DNA from: Lytechinus pictus
Lineage: Eukaryota
Length of the DNA: 64,000 nt
Direction of reading: 5' to 3'
Assembly: GCF_037042905.1 (NCBI RefSeq)
Contig: NC_087246.1
Coordinates: 8,062,001 to 8,126,000 of the forward strand
This document shows, one piece after another, positions 1-14,600 of this stretch. Each line of letters opens with the position of its first letter. Position 1 is the stretch's first letter. The position numbers and the translations under genes were made by a program. A model generated the notes under the pieces. The model did no database searches. It had not been told where the DNA came from and saw only the letters and a list, made by a program, of their open reading frames with translations.

Positions 1-1219
1 CTCATGTTTTAAATTACTACCATTAAATCCTTGTAAAAAATCTTCAATCTGGTACTTGTCTTGAGAAGCTCTGGATCAGCTATTTGTAGTAGTACCACAT
101 TCAAATAATCAAAACCCCAGAAATATGCTTTAACTTATTTCCTGTATATGATAATTTGTGTGTAATCTGGTTTGCTTTTACCGGAATCTTAAAAAAGAAT
201 GAGAACGCTTAAAGTACTCTATGAATTAAGCAAATTCTTTACTTGTCACTTAATTCAACTAAATAAACTATTTTAGACAAGGATAAGAATATTATCATAT
301 GACTGATTGTAGTTAATGAAGAACGGGAGAAAATTACAGTAAACCTTTCAATGATGAGAAAAAACTTATTGTGTGAAATGATGCATAGCGGTAAATAAGA
401 GCAAATTGGAAACATCAAGGTTAAAATAAATGTTATATGTGAAGAAGGTAAACCCTACGGTGAAACACTGATAAAAATCTTATCAATAAATAATAGATTA
501 AATGCATTACAACAAATATTAATAGTACAAATTTTACATTATCAAAGTAAAACGTAACAACCCAGACCTGCTGGTGAGATTGAATATGAAAATATAACTT
601 ATAAAAAGTTGCAATGTTTAGTACTGGCACTTCATTCAACAATTATCTTAGGATGACAATAAAAATTCATACACGATGTAATCTGAAAACCAATATCGAA
701 TATCCATTTCCAGTTAACTGTAAATCTTATATTTGATAGGAAAGCTACACCATCATTTACATATTGTCTTACAATTGTATCCATCAATGTGGCTCACTTC
801 ATTGCTTTACTTAGGGCTAGAGTATTTGCAGTAAACAAACTTTTTACAAATGTGCAGTTCCCATATGTGCTGCTCAAATATTGGTTCAATCATTACTGGC
901 AATACCCTAGAATACCAGTAATTTTTCCTGGAGGCTGGCCTAAATTACAATTATATGGCCTTGGCCTTGTCCAAGGATATCTAGTCCTGGCCCATGGGGG
1001 TCTGAAGCGTTTGCCTTGGCCTCGAGCCCTTGATGTTGGCCTTGGGAGAAGTTCCTTGAAAGAAGCTAAGTGAGGCTAGGAAATATATTATGTATCAGAA
1101 ACAGAAAGTCAACGATAAGTCAAAAGATCTTAATATTTTTTAATGGAAAATCATTTGTAGAATTGTGATCCTTGAGCGGGGTCTTGGCTCTAGTTGGCAG
1201 AAAATGGAACAGAATATCG

Positions 1220-2540
1220 TTGATATCTGGATGCTTCGAGAACATCGTAATTGACAAGAAAAACTTGATAACTTGTAAGATCTAGTAGACCTTCTAGATG
1301 ACCAGGAAACGGTGCAGATCCTCCATGATACATGGATGCTTCTAGGACACTGTGGTTGCTAAGATCAAACTGATGACCCTACAGGATCTAAAAAACTTTC
1401 AGATGAACAGGTAACAGAGCAGATCCTCCATGATACATGGATGCTTCTAGGACACTGTGGTTGCTAAGATCAAACTGATGACCCTACAGGATCTAAAAAA
1501 CTTTCAGATGAGCAGGTAACAGAGCAGATCCTCCATGAGACATGGATGCTTCTAGGACACTGTGGTTGCTAAGATCAAACTGATGACCCTACAGGATCTA
1601 AAAAACTTTCAGATGAGCAGGTAACAGAGCAGATCCTCCATGATACATGGATGCTTCTAGGACACTGTGGTTGCTAAGATCAAACTGATGACCCTACATG
1701 ATCTAAAAAACTTTCAGATGAGCAGGTAACAGAGCAGATCCTCCATGATACATGGATGCTTCTAGGACACTGTGGTTGCTAAGATCAAACTGATGACCCT
1801 ACATGATCTAAAAAACTTTCAGATGAGCAGGTAACAGAGCAGATCCTCCATGATACATGGATGCTTCTAGGACACTGTGGTTGCTGGGATCAAACTGATG
1901 ACCCTACATGATCTAAAAAACTTTCAGATGAGCAGGTAACATAGCAGATCTTCCATGATACATGGATGCTTCTAGGACACTGTGGTTGCTGGGATCAAAC
2001 TGATGACCCTACAAGATCTAGAAGACTTTCAGATGAGCAGGTAACAGAGCAGATCCTCCATGATACATGGATGCTTCTAGGACACTATGGTTGCTAAGAT
2101 CAAACTGATGACCCTACAAGATCTAGAAGACTTTCAGATGAGCAGGTGACAGAGTAGATCCTCCATGAGACATGGATGCTTCTAGGACACTGTGGTTGCT
2201 AAGATCAAACTGATGACCCTACAGGATCTAGAAGACTTTCAGATGAGCAGGTGACAGAGTAGATCCTCCATGAGACATGGATGCTTCTAGGACACTGGTT
2301 GCTGGGATCACACTGATGACCTTTTAGATGAGTAGATAACAGGAGCAGATCCTCCATGATACATGGATGCTTCGAGGACCCTGTGGTTGCTGGGATCAAA
2401 GTGATGACCTTACAGGATCTAGAAGTCATAGTTCTTGGAAGAAAGATTACTGACACAGTAGATCCTCATTGATACATGGATGCTTCTAAGACACTGGTTG
2501 CTGGGATCACACTCATGACCTTACAGGATCTAGAAGACAT
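1220..2540. repeat. 105-bp minisatellite, ~12-13 copies, in the 3' UTR of the BAIAP3-like gene
   Basis: gcagatcctccatga-type motif recurs at 1314, 1419, 1524 ... 2259 (period 105), then degenerate units at ~2345 and ~2458 and one near 1220. Confidence 0.95.
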
Positions 2541-2680
2541 CACTCTGGGAAGAAGGCATTGTGACTATGCCTTTTCACAATCTTCTTGTCTGTTCTTTGT
2601 CTCTGTTGCTGGATGGCCCAGGTTCGCTTGGTGATGAACTGCTTGGCACTCTTGTCCCACTTACTCCTGCTCCTCAGGAT
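2540..2680 (-). CDS. BAIAP3: BAIAP3-like last coding exon (ILRSRSKWDKSAKQFITKR...FFPE*)
   Basis: aacag| acceptor, 141 nt to TGA; LxxRxxDxxAxxF C-terminal family motif. Confidence 0.88.
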   Translation of the reverse strand: MLRSRSKWDKSAKQFITKRTWAIQQQRQRTDKKIVKRHSHNAFFPE

Positions 2681-5600
2681 CTGTTACAGAAACACAACAA
2701 ATGTTCTTTCAATCCTAAAACAATCAGCAAGAGGTTTAGTCCTCAACACTTGAAGAAAAACAAGATTATTTCATTCTTGATTATCAAATAAAAACACAGA
2801 TTATACACTTAATGACATCAGATCAAGAGAAGTAGGGCAGAAAAAATTATTAACCGATAAAACCCTTTCATAACAAGAACGCTTTATACCTTTCAAACTG
2901 GGTGCAACAAAGCTATTTTCCTTTCCTACCACCCATCCTCAAACCAAACAGAGCTCCAACCAAAATCTGGAAAAAGGCATCATGCTCAACTTAAGTGTGA
3001 CCCAGTTTTTTATAAAGAAAGTCATCATAAAAGTAAGAATGTAATCTAAATTAAAAGCTCATCTCATAAATTAACAATTTAAAAACAGAATGCATATTTC
3101 GAAAGGTCAGCAAATATCCCCTGAATAACCTCTCACCTCTACATAACCAGAACCATTGTAGCTTTGTTATATCAAATCCAAAAAGTAACAATTGTTTTCT
3201 ACAATCTTTTAGATACCCCTCCATCCCTATTAATCACAATTTTACCCACGTACTTTGCCAAGCTTGCAAGCTGAGTAACAGGGTATAACAAGTATGAAAC
3301 TGGAGAAATATAAACATTTCTGTCAGAACTTTAAATGCATCTATGTAGATTTAATCTTAAAAGCCCCAACAGAGTCACAGGGTTGTAAAAGGTAAAAAAA
3401 AGACATCTAAACATGACAGCTGTTGGGCATCCCCTAAGCATAACTGACTTCTAAATGACCTCTCACCTCTACATGACCCCTAAGTCTCCTGGGTCGCTTG
3501 AGGGCTAGCATGATAGCTGGGCAGTGGTCCACTGTCTGTTTCTCTGTCACCTGCCTTGCCTGATGAAGTGGAATGAAGGCCTCACCGATGAAGCTATCAC
3601 AGACCACAGAGTTGTGATCAACGACTGTCACTGATAGAATCACAGTGTCCAACTCAAATGCCTCTTCAGGCAATGCACCACTGTAGATCATAAGGGAGGA
3701 AAAGAGAAGTCATTAATCAATTCATAGTTACTCTCTTCAATCTATACAGAGTTATCAACATTAACGAGAGGGAGTGGAGGATTTGCATCAAATGACCCAG
3801 TTAATATCTGTGTACAGCTTAGATACATGTTTGAAACGCTTGAAAAAGAAGAACAAGGACAACAGTAAGAGCAAATGCTTTAAATATGTGGACCCGTGAA
3901 TGGAACTAACGATGGTTCTACACTTCAATTAAATGAATGAATTGAATTCATCTGAAGTGGTTCCTTACACACTAACCATGAAAGAGATAAAATGTATGTG
4001 TCTTTCATAGATTAGCCATTCCTAAACCAATTTTTGCTAAAATAATTGTCGCCTGTGTTTGAAATACATGATCAAATGTCAAGTTTGTTGTCGCTGACAA
4101 AAATAATTAAACATTTGATTCAATAGGTAAGGGAAAAAGTTTAAGTATTTCTTAAGGTGGATTAGCTAATTGTCATCTTTATTCACCATATAATGTGAAA
4201 CTTCTATAAAAAGGAAAGAAAAATTGTACACAATTGTCAGATTTACTGCATTTATATATTTGTCTTTTAAGAATGATCAAAACTTACATTTTGAGTACAT
4301 TTTTATTTTCTCAAGAGGAATCATTTCTATTCAAAGTTCTCAAGTATCTTGGTAAATACAACACAAGGGTCATCATTCAACACATCCCTTTCAATGCACT
4401 TTAATCTCATTAATATCTTTCACTCACTACATAAAATTTATCTTGATGATATTACACTTCATTTATTATCTGTATCAAGAGGACGGAAAACACATTGATG
4501 ATATAATGTTCGATGTAAACGATAGAATGTGAAGGATGCCTGCAAAATTACCGACTTAAAAAATGCAAGCTGACCTATAGGTAATAGAGTAGATCAAGTA
4601 AAGGTTTCATGGTCTAGAGGATATGTCTTCTGACAATTATAGATCACACGGTCTGGGGATTGAATCCTGCTGCAGCTCTCATGCCGCTTGGCAATTAAGG
4701 CTTGACATACAATTGCCACACTCGACCCAGGTGAAGGAAAAGGATACCCAGCAGAATTTATTGTTTGAAATGCTACAGCACCTATCAGAAGCGCCAGAAG
4801 TGTCAATTTTGACAGACTGAGTACTGTCTAAGAACCAATTATTACCAATTATTATTGTTATCAATTTCAAAATTGACTTCAGTCCTTGACAAAAAAGCCC
4901 TAATATTTGTGTAATAATAATTTGTGTAATCTCCGAGAATAAAAATGTTTGGTTGTTTAAAAAATTTACAAGGTCATGAGATTTGATGTCGTGTAGTGTG
5001 GAGGTATACGTTGAAGTAATGTGTTTCAGCTACAGACGTCAGTCATAAGCAATTAACTTAAAAGGTGAGAGGAAGAGTAGATGATCTTTATGATATACTT
5101 ACAACTGAAAGACTTGATTGTAAACTGGGTTTAGTTCCTTATATTTGACCATTGTCTTGAATGATAAGACTTTGTTGAAGGTTGTTTCTGGGGCAATCTC
5201 CACAATAATCTTGGGGTCACTGAATCCTTTATGTAGAAAGATAATTGTGAAATCAATTCAAATGATTTATTTCCCAATTCAATTCAATTCAATTCAATTT
5301 CATTTAATTCAATTCAATTCAAGTTTTTATTTCCAAATTCATCAAAAAGAACAAAATAAGAACAAATTTATATACAGACATTCACTTGAATAATGGCCCC
5401 ACTCACAATCATTACCATTGTATTCTTCATTATTTGCATCATATGATTTCTTTACTGCTTTAGATTATATTCTTCTCAACACACATCAATGGTTCTAGAT
5501 TCGCAAATGCACTTTATACTGACAGATAATGCCATCAGTCACTATTTCTTTCAATTACTGTTTGGAATGGGCAATCTCATTGCAATTATTATAAAGTATA

Positions 5601-8600
5601 TTAAGCCAATGTTATTGACACTTTATTCAGACAATCCTATGAAAGATGCATAAAGCAAAATAGAAAATTTGATCTGGGCCTTGTATGACACAGCTTAGTA
5701 ATGGATTGCACAATAGATGTGTATGCTTGATTGACCATTATACATGCAATAAATGTAAAGAGTATAAAACCAGCCTTATCATCAAGTGGTATAAATTGGG
5801 CTGGGGAAGCTTACCATTCCTTTTAACTCCTGGTAGATCCACTGCATTACACACTGAAAAAAAGAGAGAATTAACCTGAATTTACATTGATTTGAAAATT
5901 TTTCAAATAGCCACTCCCCTGAAAATTACTGTAAAGGAAACTTCCAACCAAACAAATATGCCACTAATAACAACTAAAAATGTTTTACTCAAGTAACTTC
6001 GTGATTGGCAATTTGTAAGCTTTATTTTTCAAGTTCCCCATCACCTCATTTACTTTTACACAGAATTGTTCAATGATTATGGAAACAATGAAAACTTAAA
6101 ATGCCATAACTTTATATTGGTAATATGACTCTGATGACGTTTTCAGGTTTACTCATTTAATTTCCTTGAAAAAAAAAAAAAAAAAATTTCGACTACCTAT
6201 GGGTATCTGATAAGCTGTGAAACCTTTCTAAAGAATGACCCACCTTTGACCGATAGTGACCTCATGTCACCTGGTACCTCATGATAGGCCATCTTGATAC
6301 TGACATGGCCCAGGTAGGCCATGGGCGTGGCCATGTCAAGGGCCAGGTCCCGATAGTACAGGGCCAACAGACTGAATGTAGACCTGGTATTAGGTTCCAG
6401 CTTCTCCATGATGGCGTGGTACTCATCAGTCCGGGTCGTGGAACTTGTCAATTCGATGCCTGGCCTCTGAAAGTAGGCCTCCAAGGAGTCCAGACTCTGC
6501 AAATAGGAGCACATGGGTTATTCCTGAGAATCTGGAAGATCAACTATCATTCCAAAAGATGATTATTCCTTGGTAAGTAACAGACTTGTAAACATTACCC
6601 CCCCCCCCCCCGAAGGAAAAGCAGTAGGGGGAAATCTATATGTAATGTTCTGAGTTAGGATAACATTGAAGTTGTTCTTGGTGTTCTTTATAGGAGCCAC
6701 AAAGTGACTGTATCAAATAAAAAAGTTGATATTCCTGCATCAGGTAAAGTTCTCGAACCCAATTACAATGTTATCCACAATCTGACCAATTCAATACATC
6801 CCTGCAATCCCAGACTCCCCTGTGATAAAAAAGGGTTTGATCCTTGTTGAAGTAAGAAACTTCGGTACTATTCTCCATCTAGTACTCATAGGAAGTATCA
6901 AAATGAATGGTTCAAGAGGGTAATAATTGGAGGGGAATTTGTTGTAGAATCTGACCCTGACAAAAACTGAAAGATTGAAATTGAAAGAGTGAAATGCAAC
7001 ACATATAGTTATATGCTGATGGATTAATTACATTGCACATGGACTAAAAGTATGTTTCTTTTGAGTGAAGTGTACTGGCCTCTATATATTCTAAATATTT
7101 ACCTGTTGGAGCCTCTTGTAGTAGCCTGGTGGTCTACCATCTTGGATCCTGGACCTAATGCTGGTCAGAAGAGCATTCCAGAGCTCCTGGACTAAACGAG
7201 GGAAGATCTGTGGAAGGAGCTGCTTGTAAAGAGTACCTAGGTTCTCATCTATGTAGTCTAGAAGCTCCTCCATACACTGTCAAGCAGAGAATAGACAAAT
7301 GTTACTCAAGCAGTGATATAGACTTACAGTTGGAGTCAAGTTTACATACACCTAGACAATTCTATACAAACTGTTCATTTGCCCCAATCACATAATACAC
7401 CATATCTTCAAATATCTTTGTCCTATCAGAACAAATTTGGTATCAAACAAAGAACAAATCTTGACCTCTTGCCCAAAAGCAATGAGAAAAAGGGTAATTG
7501 TATCGAATAAGATCAACTTTTGAAATGGCCTCACTTTAATGTACAGTAACATATTTTTTAATTAGATTACCACTTGGATAAATTTCAACATGATCTAGAG
7601 AAATGATCTTTCACATCATTTGAAAATCCTGACATCACAGTAATATTTAATCATTTATAAAATTAGGTTCTACACTGTAATGACCCTAAAAGGTGTTTGT
7701 TCTGGGGTCCATTGAAGAGAGAGTTGCATTTTCTTGAAAATCATACACTAGGCCCAACTGTGTTCTTCTGATTGGTTGATGATCAAGTTAGGCCTATGTT
7801 TCATTCCTGGAGGTGTGTTTGATTGCAATTCTTTCTGCAAAGGGCCCCAAGTGTTTCCTAATAAATTGGAATTACAGTTGAGGTATTCACTCAGAAAAAT
7901 CATTACAGCCATACCAAACCATAAAACAAAAACTGAATTCATTCAAATCATATGAAGTACATTTGAGAAGTGTACCTCTTCGCTGGTCTGACCCTTCTGT
8001 GGGTTGACAAACTTGTCAAGATGTTTGTTGACCTCCTGACTAAGACGATAGGCAATCTTCTTTTCAAGGAGACTAGACATGTAATGGATGTCATGACATG
8101 CCCTCTGGGTCAAGCGTCTCAGTGTACTGAGGGTCAGTTTACCAGCTTCAGCAGTCTGGTGGTGGGCAGCTAGCTGGTTGCAGTTAGCTTCCCATTCTAG
8201 GAGAGTGGGTAGGTTGTCCAGGTAGCCACGGACATGCTCAATGTTGTTGAGTGTGATGCATAACTGGTGATAAAAGCAGGAAGAGAGGGTCAGTGCATGA
8301 AGAGAGATCAGAGCACAGAGAGAGGTAGGGAAACAAGGATTCACTGACATTTCTCCTGCAAAAAAAAAAATCATCTGAAAAATCTTCAAATAAAACCAAG
8401 GAGAACTCTCTCTTAAAACCAAACTCTTATCTTAATCCTCACACTATTCTGGACCAAACATCACAAAAAACCTTATGTAACCTGAAATCTTGTTTCAGAA
8501 GCAAATGGAATGGGGGAGTTTATGTAAAACTGTAAAACTTTGCAAGAACATTAAACAGAAGAAGCCATAAGGTTCAACAAGTACATTTTATTTGAGACTA

Positions 8601-11600
8601 AGGAACCCTTCAACAACTTTTAAATTCCAAGAAAGAATTATAAGGTGTACAAGATACCTTGACTGACATACATTCAAAGAATGTTGCCAAGAACATTTTT
8701 TGTAATGCTAGATTACGATACAAACAAATGTTCTCTGCATCACTTTTGCTCAATGTTCACCCTTTCAATCAACTCAAAAAACATCTCAAGGTGAAGTATT
8801 TACACCAGAGTGAATCCTACAATATGACCAATATGAAATAGATGTACACATATAGCTCTGAGACTTATGCAATGTACATGGTGGTCAATGAATCTATCTG
8901 CAATATTACCTTATCCTTGATATCAAATTGTCCATCTTTACTTGTCTTATAGAACCCATTGGATTCCAGGATACAGTGGATCTTACATGCATACAGTTTG
9001 GCTCCTTCACATATCAGCTGGAGAAAAAGAATGAAAGAGAAAACAATACTATAATATCTTTGGAAAGTTTAAAACAAAGCAAGGAAATAAAAGGGGTCCG
9101 TTTCATCAAATGTTTTGTAATTTACAAATTTGCAATAACAGTTCAACGGTATTCAAATTATTCAATTTTATTGGCAGAGAGTAAACTTGTTATATTATGC
9201 ATTTGTTCTTATAACAAGTCTTTATGAAATGGGATCCTGATCTCACATGCAGTTTAGCAATTTCACAAGTCAGCTAAGCATTAGAAAATGTCTCTTTTCT
9301 GAACAGATTATGCAAATGACTCCTTGAGCATGTAGTCTTGAAATCCCTTGAATTCTCTTCTCTTTCAACTCTTCTATAATTCCAGGCCCCCTAATTTCTT
9401 CCACACATTTATATATCAACACTGGTTTCCTTCCCTTCCTTCTGCCCTTTAGATTTATCCTTCTACCAAAGTATGGTGTCATTCCTCACAATGCGGCAAC
9501 GATACTGCATAAGAAATATTTTTAAAGCGATCTTGGTTAGAATGTATGAGTTTAATATGCATCAAAGAATAACCCCAAGTCAGTCTTACATCAGTTAGCT
9601 TTGTAATGGCCATACAACGGCTGTTTGGACATTCGTATCCTATGCTCTGCCATTCTTGTGTAACCTAAAACGAAAGTGAATAATGTACATTTTCATTGAT
9701 TTACTAATACAATCAATAAGGAATAGCATATTTCTAATATTCATGTTAGTCTCAAAATCTCAAAAGGCTTCTTCATATCTTGGGTTTAAATTTCAAAGGT
9801 GTAAACTTTGATGATAGGAATGGCTTCTTTTGTTTTTCAAAACAAAAGTATAAAACTGCATCAAATTATTATGGACATTTATAAGAGAAACACATTCATA
9901 AAGAGTAAATTATTTGTCTCTAAATAATGACTACTTCATACTATATAATGGGTTCACTCAATCATGATTTGATTGCATTCTTTTGTATTCATTAGCACTG
10001 GCACATCACACATTCTTGACACTATGTCTTCTCCTTTACTTTCAACCAGTGCATGGGCTTTTTACATACAAACTGTTCTTTTTTAAGATCTAGGTATATA
10101 CTGCAATTTTTATTTATAACAATACAAATCTTTAAAAAAAAACATGTTTATTACCCAAGAGCTAAGAAAACATTAATGCTTGGAAGTGAGCAACCAGAGG
10201 ACATTATGCTTTATTCCCTCACTGAAGTACTTGGTAATAATAATGAATAATGCCTTATCAAATGGAACTAATGGAAAGGTCACAATATTACAAAATTATG
10301 TCACTACCTAAAAGCCTTTTGTAGAAATATGAATCCACACTAAGTAACACATTTAGAATCCAAATAAAAAATATGGTAACTCACCTTCGCAAAGCAAGCC
10401 TGGACATCAACGGCCGAGTTGGAATACTTGACGACTTCATGGACCAACTTGACATCCTTGTCAAGTTCTAAAGCCTTGTGGACACGACTGAAGGTCTCAT
10501 GTTGAAAGGTAACCAACCAGTAGGTGAGAGGCACCTGGAACCAGATGCTATATTGTTCTAACTGCAGTCTCTCACTGTTACGACAATCGGAAATGATATA
10601 TGATTTATTTTATTTGCCTTTACAGCACTTTCTTTATCAGAAATCATTAAATTTTTGGTACATATGGCATGATACATTTTTAAACTTGTAATGTGAAACA
10701 AATTCATTAAACAAAAGAATTGCAAATCAAACAGATATGAAGGTGTTCAGTAAAATGTAATGGTAATCTTATTTATCATGAAAAATATATAAAAATAAGG
10801 AATACAGGAATGCTCCACGCAATATTATAGGCAACTGAAATTATTGAAAATAAATTACGCAAATTTTAATGGTCAAGAGAAAATTTGTAATAGGAGACTA
10901 GAGTCTACACTTTGTGAATGATAACAAATTTTCTGAATCAAGAATTCAGGTCTCAACTTCAGACTTCAGTCATGGATATTTACTAATTGACCATTATGGT
11001 CAAAATATGTCACATGCAACAAGCAAAAGGAAACTTTCATAATAACAGAAGGCAAATAGGATGGAAGATTCAGAAAGAAGTTGATTTATTCATTCTCATG
11101 CATGCTGCAGTCCCAAAGAATTGAGGACCAAGGATCTACATAATTGTTATTTTTTCCTATCTGTATAATACCATCCTCTTTCCCTGCCATCACCCTGATA
11201 TATCAACATTATTTCAAACTCACTTTCCAGTGACATTCTTCTTGAGGATAGAAACCAGATTCTTGACTGCCATATAGAGCGCTAGACCAGCCTTGCTAGC
11301 TTCAGCAATGTTCTGAGGGAACCGTCGGTAGCGGGCATGGTACTGGTTCAGACGTATGAGGATAATATCCTGAAGATATTTGGATACCTGCCGATCAATC
11401 TCTATGGTGACTGTCGAAAAGAAATCTACATGGAATCTGAAAAAAAAAATTATTATTACAATGAAAACAAGCAAATTACAATTTATGTTCACGTTTTTCA
11501 AAAGAAATGTTGTACTATATATATATTTGAATATCTTTACAAACCAATAGCACTGTCACAATTCTTGTAAGTACTGAATACATCATTATTTTTGCATGCA

Positions 11601-14600
11601 GATATTTTTCGGCACGTCTCAACCTATTCTTCATTTTCATGCTCTTAGTAATATTTCTTGTGAAATTGTAAATAAAGAGATATTTTAGCATTGTTTGAGT
11701 CATGAAATATTAACACTTCCACAATAATTTCAGCTATCCTGTAACATTAGATACGAAATCACTTAAGAAGAATGTTGTAAGAATTTACCTGGAAAAGAAG
11801 TTTTTATAATCCTTCTGGTTCTTACAGTAGATGGTGAATCGAGACAGGAGTTCAGCATATCTTGCTAAGAGATCAACAAGCTCCCCAGGTTTCTAAGGAA
11901 AACATTCAACAAAATATTACATGAGAATGGAGATTCAATAAAATTTGTTCAAAGAATTCATCTTTAACCCTATCTAGGCCGGGGTATTTTGGGAGTTCAT
12001 ATGGCAGGGGGGGGCCTCCCAGGCCCCCCCTTGAGATCTCAGCCGTCGACCGCGCGATCGCGCCGAAAATTGGCACGCGGGTTGCCTGGGACATAATCTA
12101 CAAAATTGTATAGTAATTTATTTCATGCGAATCGCTATTAAGTGATTATGCTAATTTATGCGTAAATAGTATGCGAAATCATACTTTTTCCTCTAACTCC
12201 CTAAATAAAGCTCCAAATGTTCTAATATTTGGTGTAGAAACTCTTTGTGGTGTTCTTAGCAAGTGTACATGAAAAAAATTGCGATATCAAATCATTTTCT
12301 TATGTATTATATTGTTTTTTGCAATTTCTTATGTATTTCCTTGTTTTTTGACCTTTTGTTTTTCATTGTTTTTTTTCAATGGAATTTGTTGGGGACTCGT
12401 CTGGGATCATAAAAAGCATAAAATAAATACATTTAGACCAGCAAAACTAAAAATAATCATACATTTATGAATTTTGGTTGAAAACACAATTTGCTTTGAC
12501 TTTGTACACAAAACCACGTTTTTGAGCAATTTTTGGTCTGACATGCACTTACATAATGTTGCATAATTTCGGAACCACGTACTCTGGTGACGCAAAATTG
12601 GTCTCAAAAGTTGCGCAAGACTTGAAAGTAAAAAGTCAGCGAGCGGCGCAGTCAAAAAATTTCGCGCGGCGAAAATATCACGCGATTCGTTGAGGGGGGG
12701 GCCTCCGAGGCCCCCCCCCCCGGCCTAGATAGGGTTAAGAGATATGGCCTATAAGGTGTTCACAATAGTTCTCTTTTGTATCTATTGTCATGTGAAGCTG
12801 CGTGATATGATATAAAAATATTATGAGATTGGAACTTAAAAGAAAATATTATCATAGTTCCATGATCGAACTCTGTATATAAAGGGGCTGTTGCACAGTA
12901 TTTTGATGGCAGAAAGTAACCTAAAAGCAACTTCATTGTTATTCTCTAAAAGAATTTGGGGATTATTTTCATGTGTTCAGTGTAATATTTCCACTATGTA
13001 ACACTGCACTATGGACAATAACGAATCTGCATCTAGATTTGACACGACCAAACTCTTATTTCATCTTTTCTTTTCTCTCTGTGTTTCTACTTATTTATCA
13101 TTTGTCCTCTTTTTTTCTCCTTTTGTTCTTTATGAGAATATCATGCTGTGTACAGTATGGCTCTATTAAAATAATACTTACTAGTGATCCTTGTGAGAGA
13201 GGAATGGCATCAAGGTCAGTAAGGATGTACTTCCTGGTGTCATTACGTACCACTGACTCTAACAGTTTCATCACTAGCCGATGGACGGGGGTGTCATGGT
13301 CACGCCAAATAGACATCGAAAGCAGATTCTGCAGCAATTGTAATCTACAAAAAAAGTAGCACATTCAATATTTCCCCTGTATCAGCAGCTCAGAAATAAA
13401 CAGTGGTCAATGAATGAGTTAAAATATCCGTAACAGGAGGTAAAGGAATAGTTCTATATTCATGAATATAAGGACTCAATAGTTCATAGATTTCAATTTT
13501 TCTCTCTAGGTGATTAAATATATTTCTTCCATTCAGGTGTTCTAAAAACACATTCCAACATAAATTTATATAGGCTGCATGTAATATGATTATATCTTAA
13601 AGGAAATAGAAAGTTTACATACAGATCAAAACAAGACACGGGATATATATTAGGTACACAAGTCCAACTATCCAACCACTTCCTTTACTGTCAAGGAAAG
13701 GAGGAAAACACTAAGCAAACCTTGGACTGAGTGTTAATATATAAAGGGCTGGAATTGATTAAGATCTAAACAACAGAATATCCCCTTGTTTCCACAGAAA
13801 ATATAGAAATTATATACACTTCTAGAAAAAAAAATTAACAAAATTTGCAACATTCTTCTAAGTGCAGGTCTGTTGTAAAAAGAGATGCGATTAAATGCAA
13901 ATTTACTTTCAACCAATCCATATCCAGCATTTGAGACTTGCATTGTATGATTGTTGTGTTTGAATGCAGATCTTTCAGCAGCGGGACCCACAATAAATGC
14001 TAAATTCATTGAGGTTTCATTCTTACTTGCAGTTCTTGTTGGCATTGTCCAGTCCTATGAGGTTGGTTGGAGGGAAGAATGGTTCACAATCTGGAAGGTT
14101 AGCCAAGCACTCATAGATGTAACTACTGATGGAGTTTTCAACAATGGCAGTCTATTTCAAGATTAAAATGAAGTATGCAATACAATAATGATATCACTTA
14201 CTTGCTGCCAAAGTGTCAAGAGGCATGGCGGGCATTAACAAAAACTGTTCTTTGGTGAGACAGACAGAAAAATGTTCAAGAATAGTATCAAAACTTGGCA
14301 TATCAACATGTTAAATATCAAGAAAATGAATAGTTTATATGCAAGAAATGAGTGCTGATGAACTTAGTGAGAAAATCAATCCCACTTCTACCTAAACCAT
14401 ACAGGTACTTTTTTAAAGACTCTTATCAACATCGAAAGCAAGACTTCAACAGACATTGTAAGTGAAATTCATAAAGACATAGTAAACGAAAAATACTCTT
14501 ACACTTGTGTGTTATTACTTTACTTCATGCAATGCTTCTGGCAGCCTTTTTTAAATTTTACTATTTTCAATATCAAACGAATGTTATCTGCAAGAGACAC

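Noticed and set aside
789..1073. 94-aa plus-strand ORF
   Set aside because: GTG start, no recognisable domain, overlaps ggccttgg repeats in the presumed 3' UTR region
1314..2540. CRISPR array, or coding 35-aa repeat (ORF 2205-2456)
   Set aside because: Whole units repeat with no unique spacers, the context is eukaryotic, and all frames of the consensus unit have stops
2500..2542. Selenocysteine or readthrough at the TGA
   Set aside because: Further in-frame TGA follows within 9 codons and no SECIS-like pattern was recognised
14202..14244. Possible 43-nt exon with gtaagt donor
   Set aside because: Would shift the frame and leave a 50-nt intron; exon 13 joins exon 14 in frame without it
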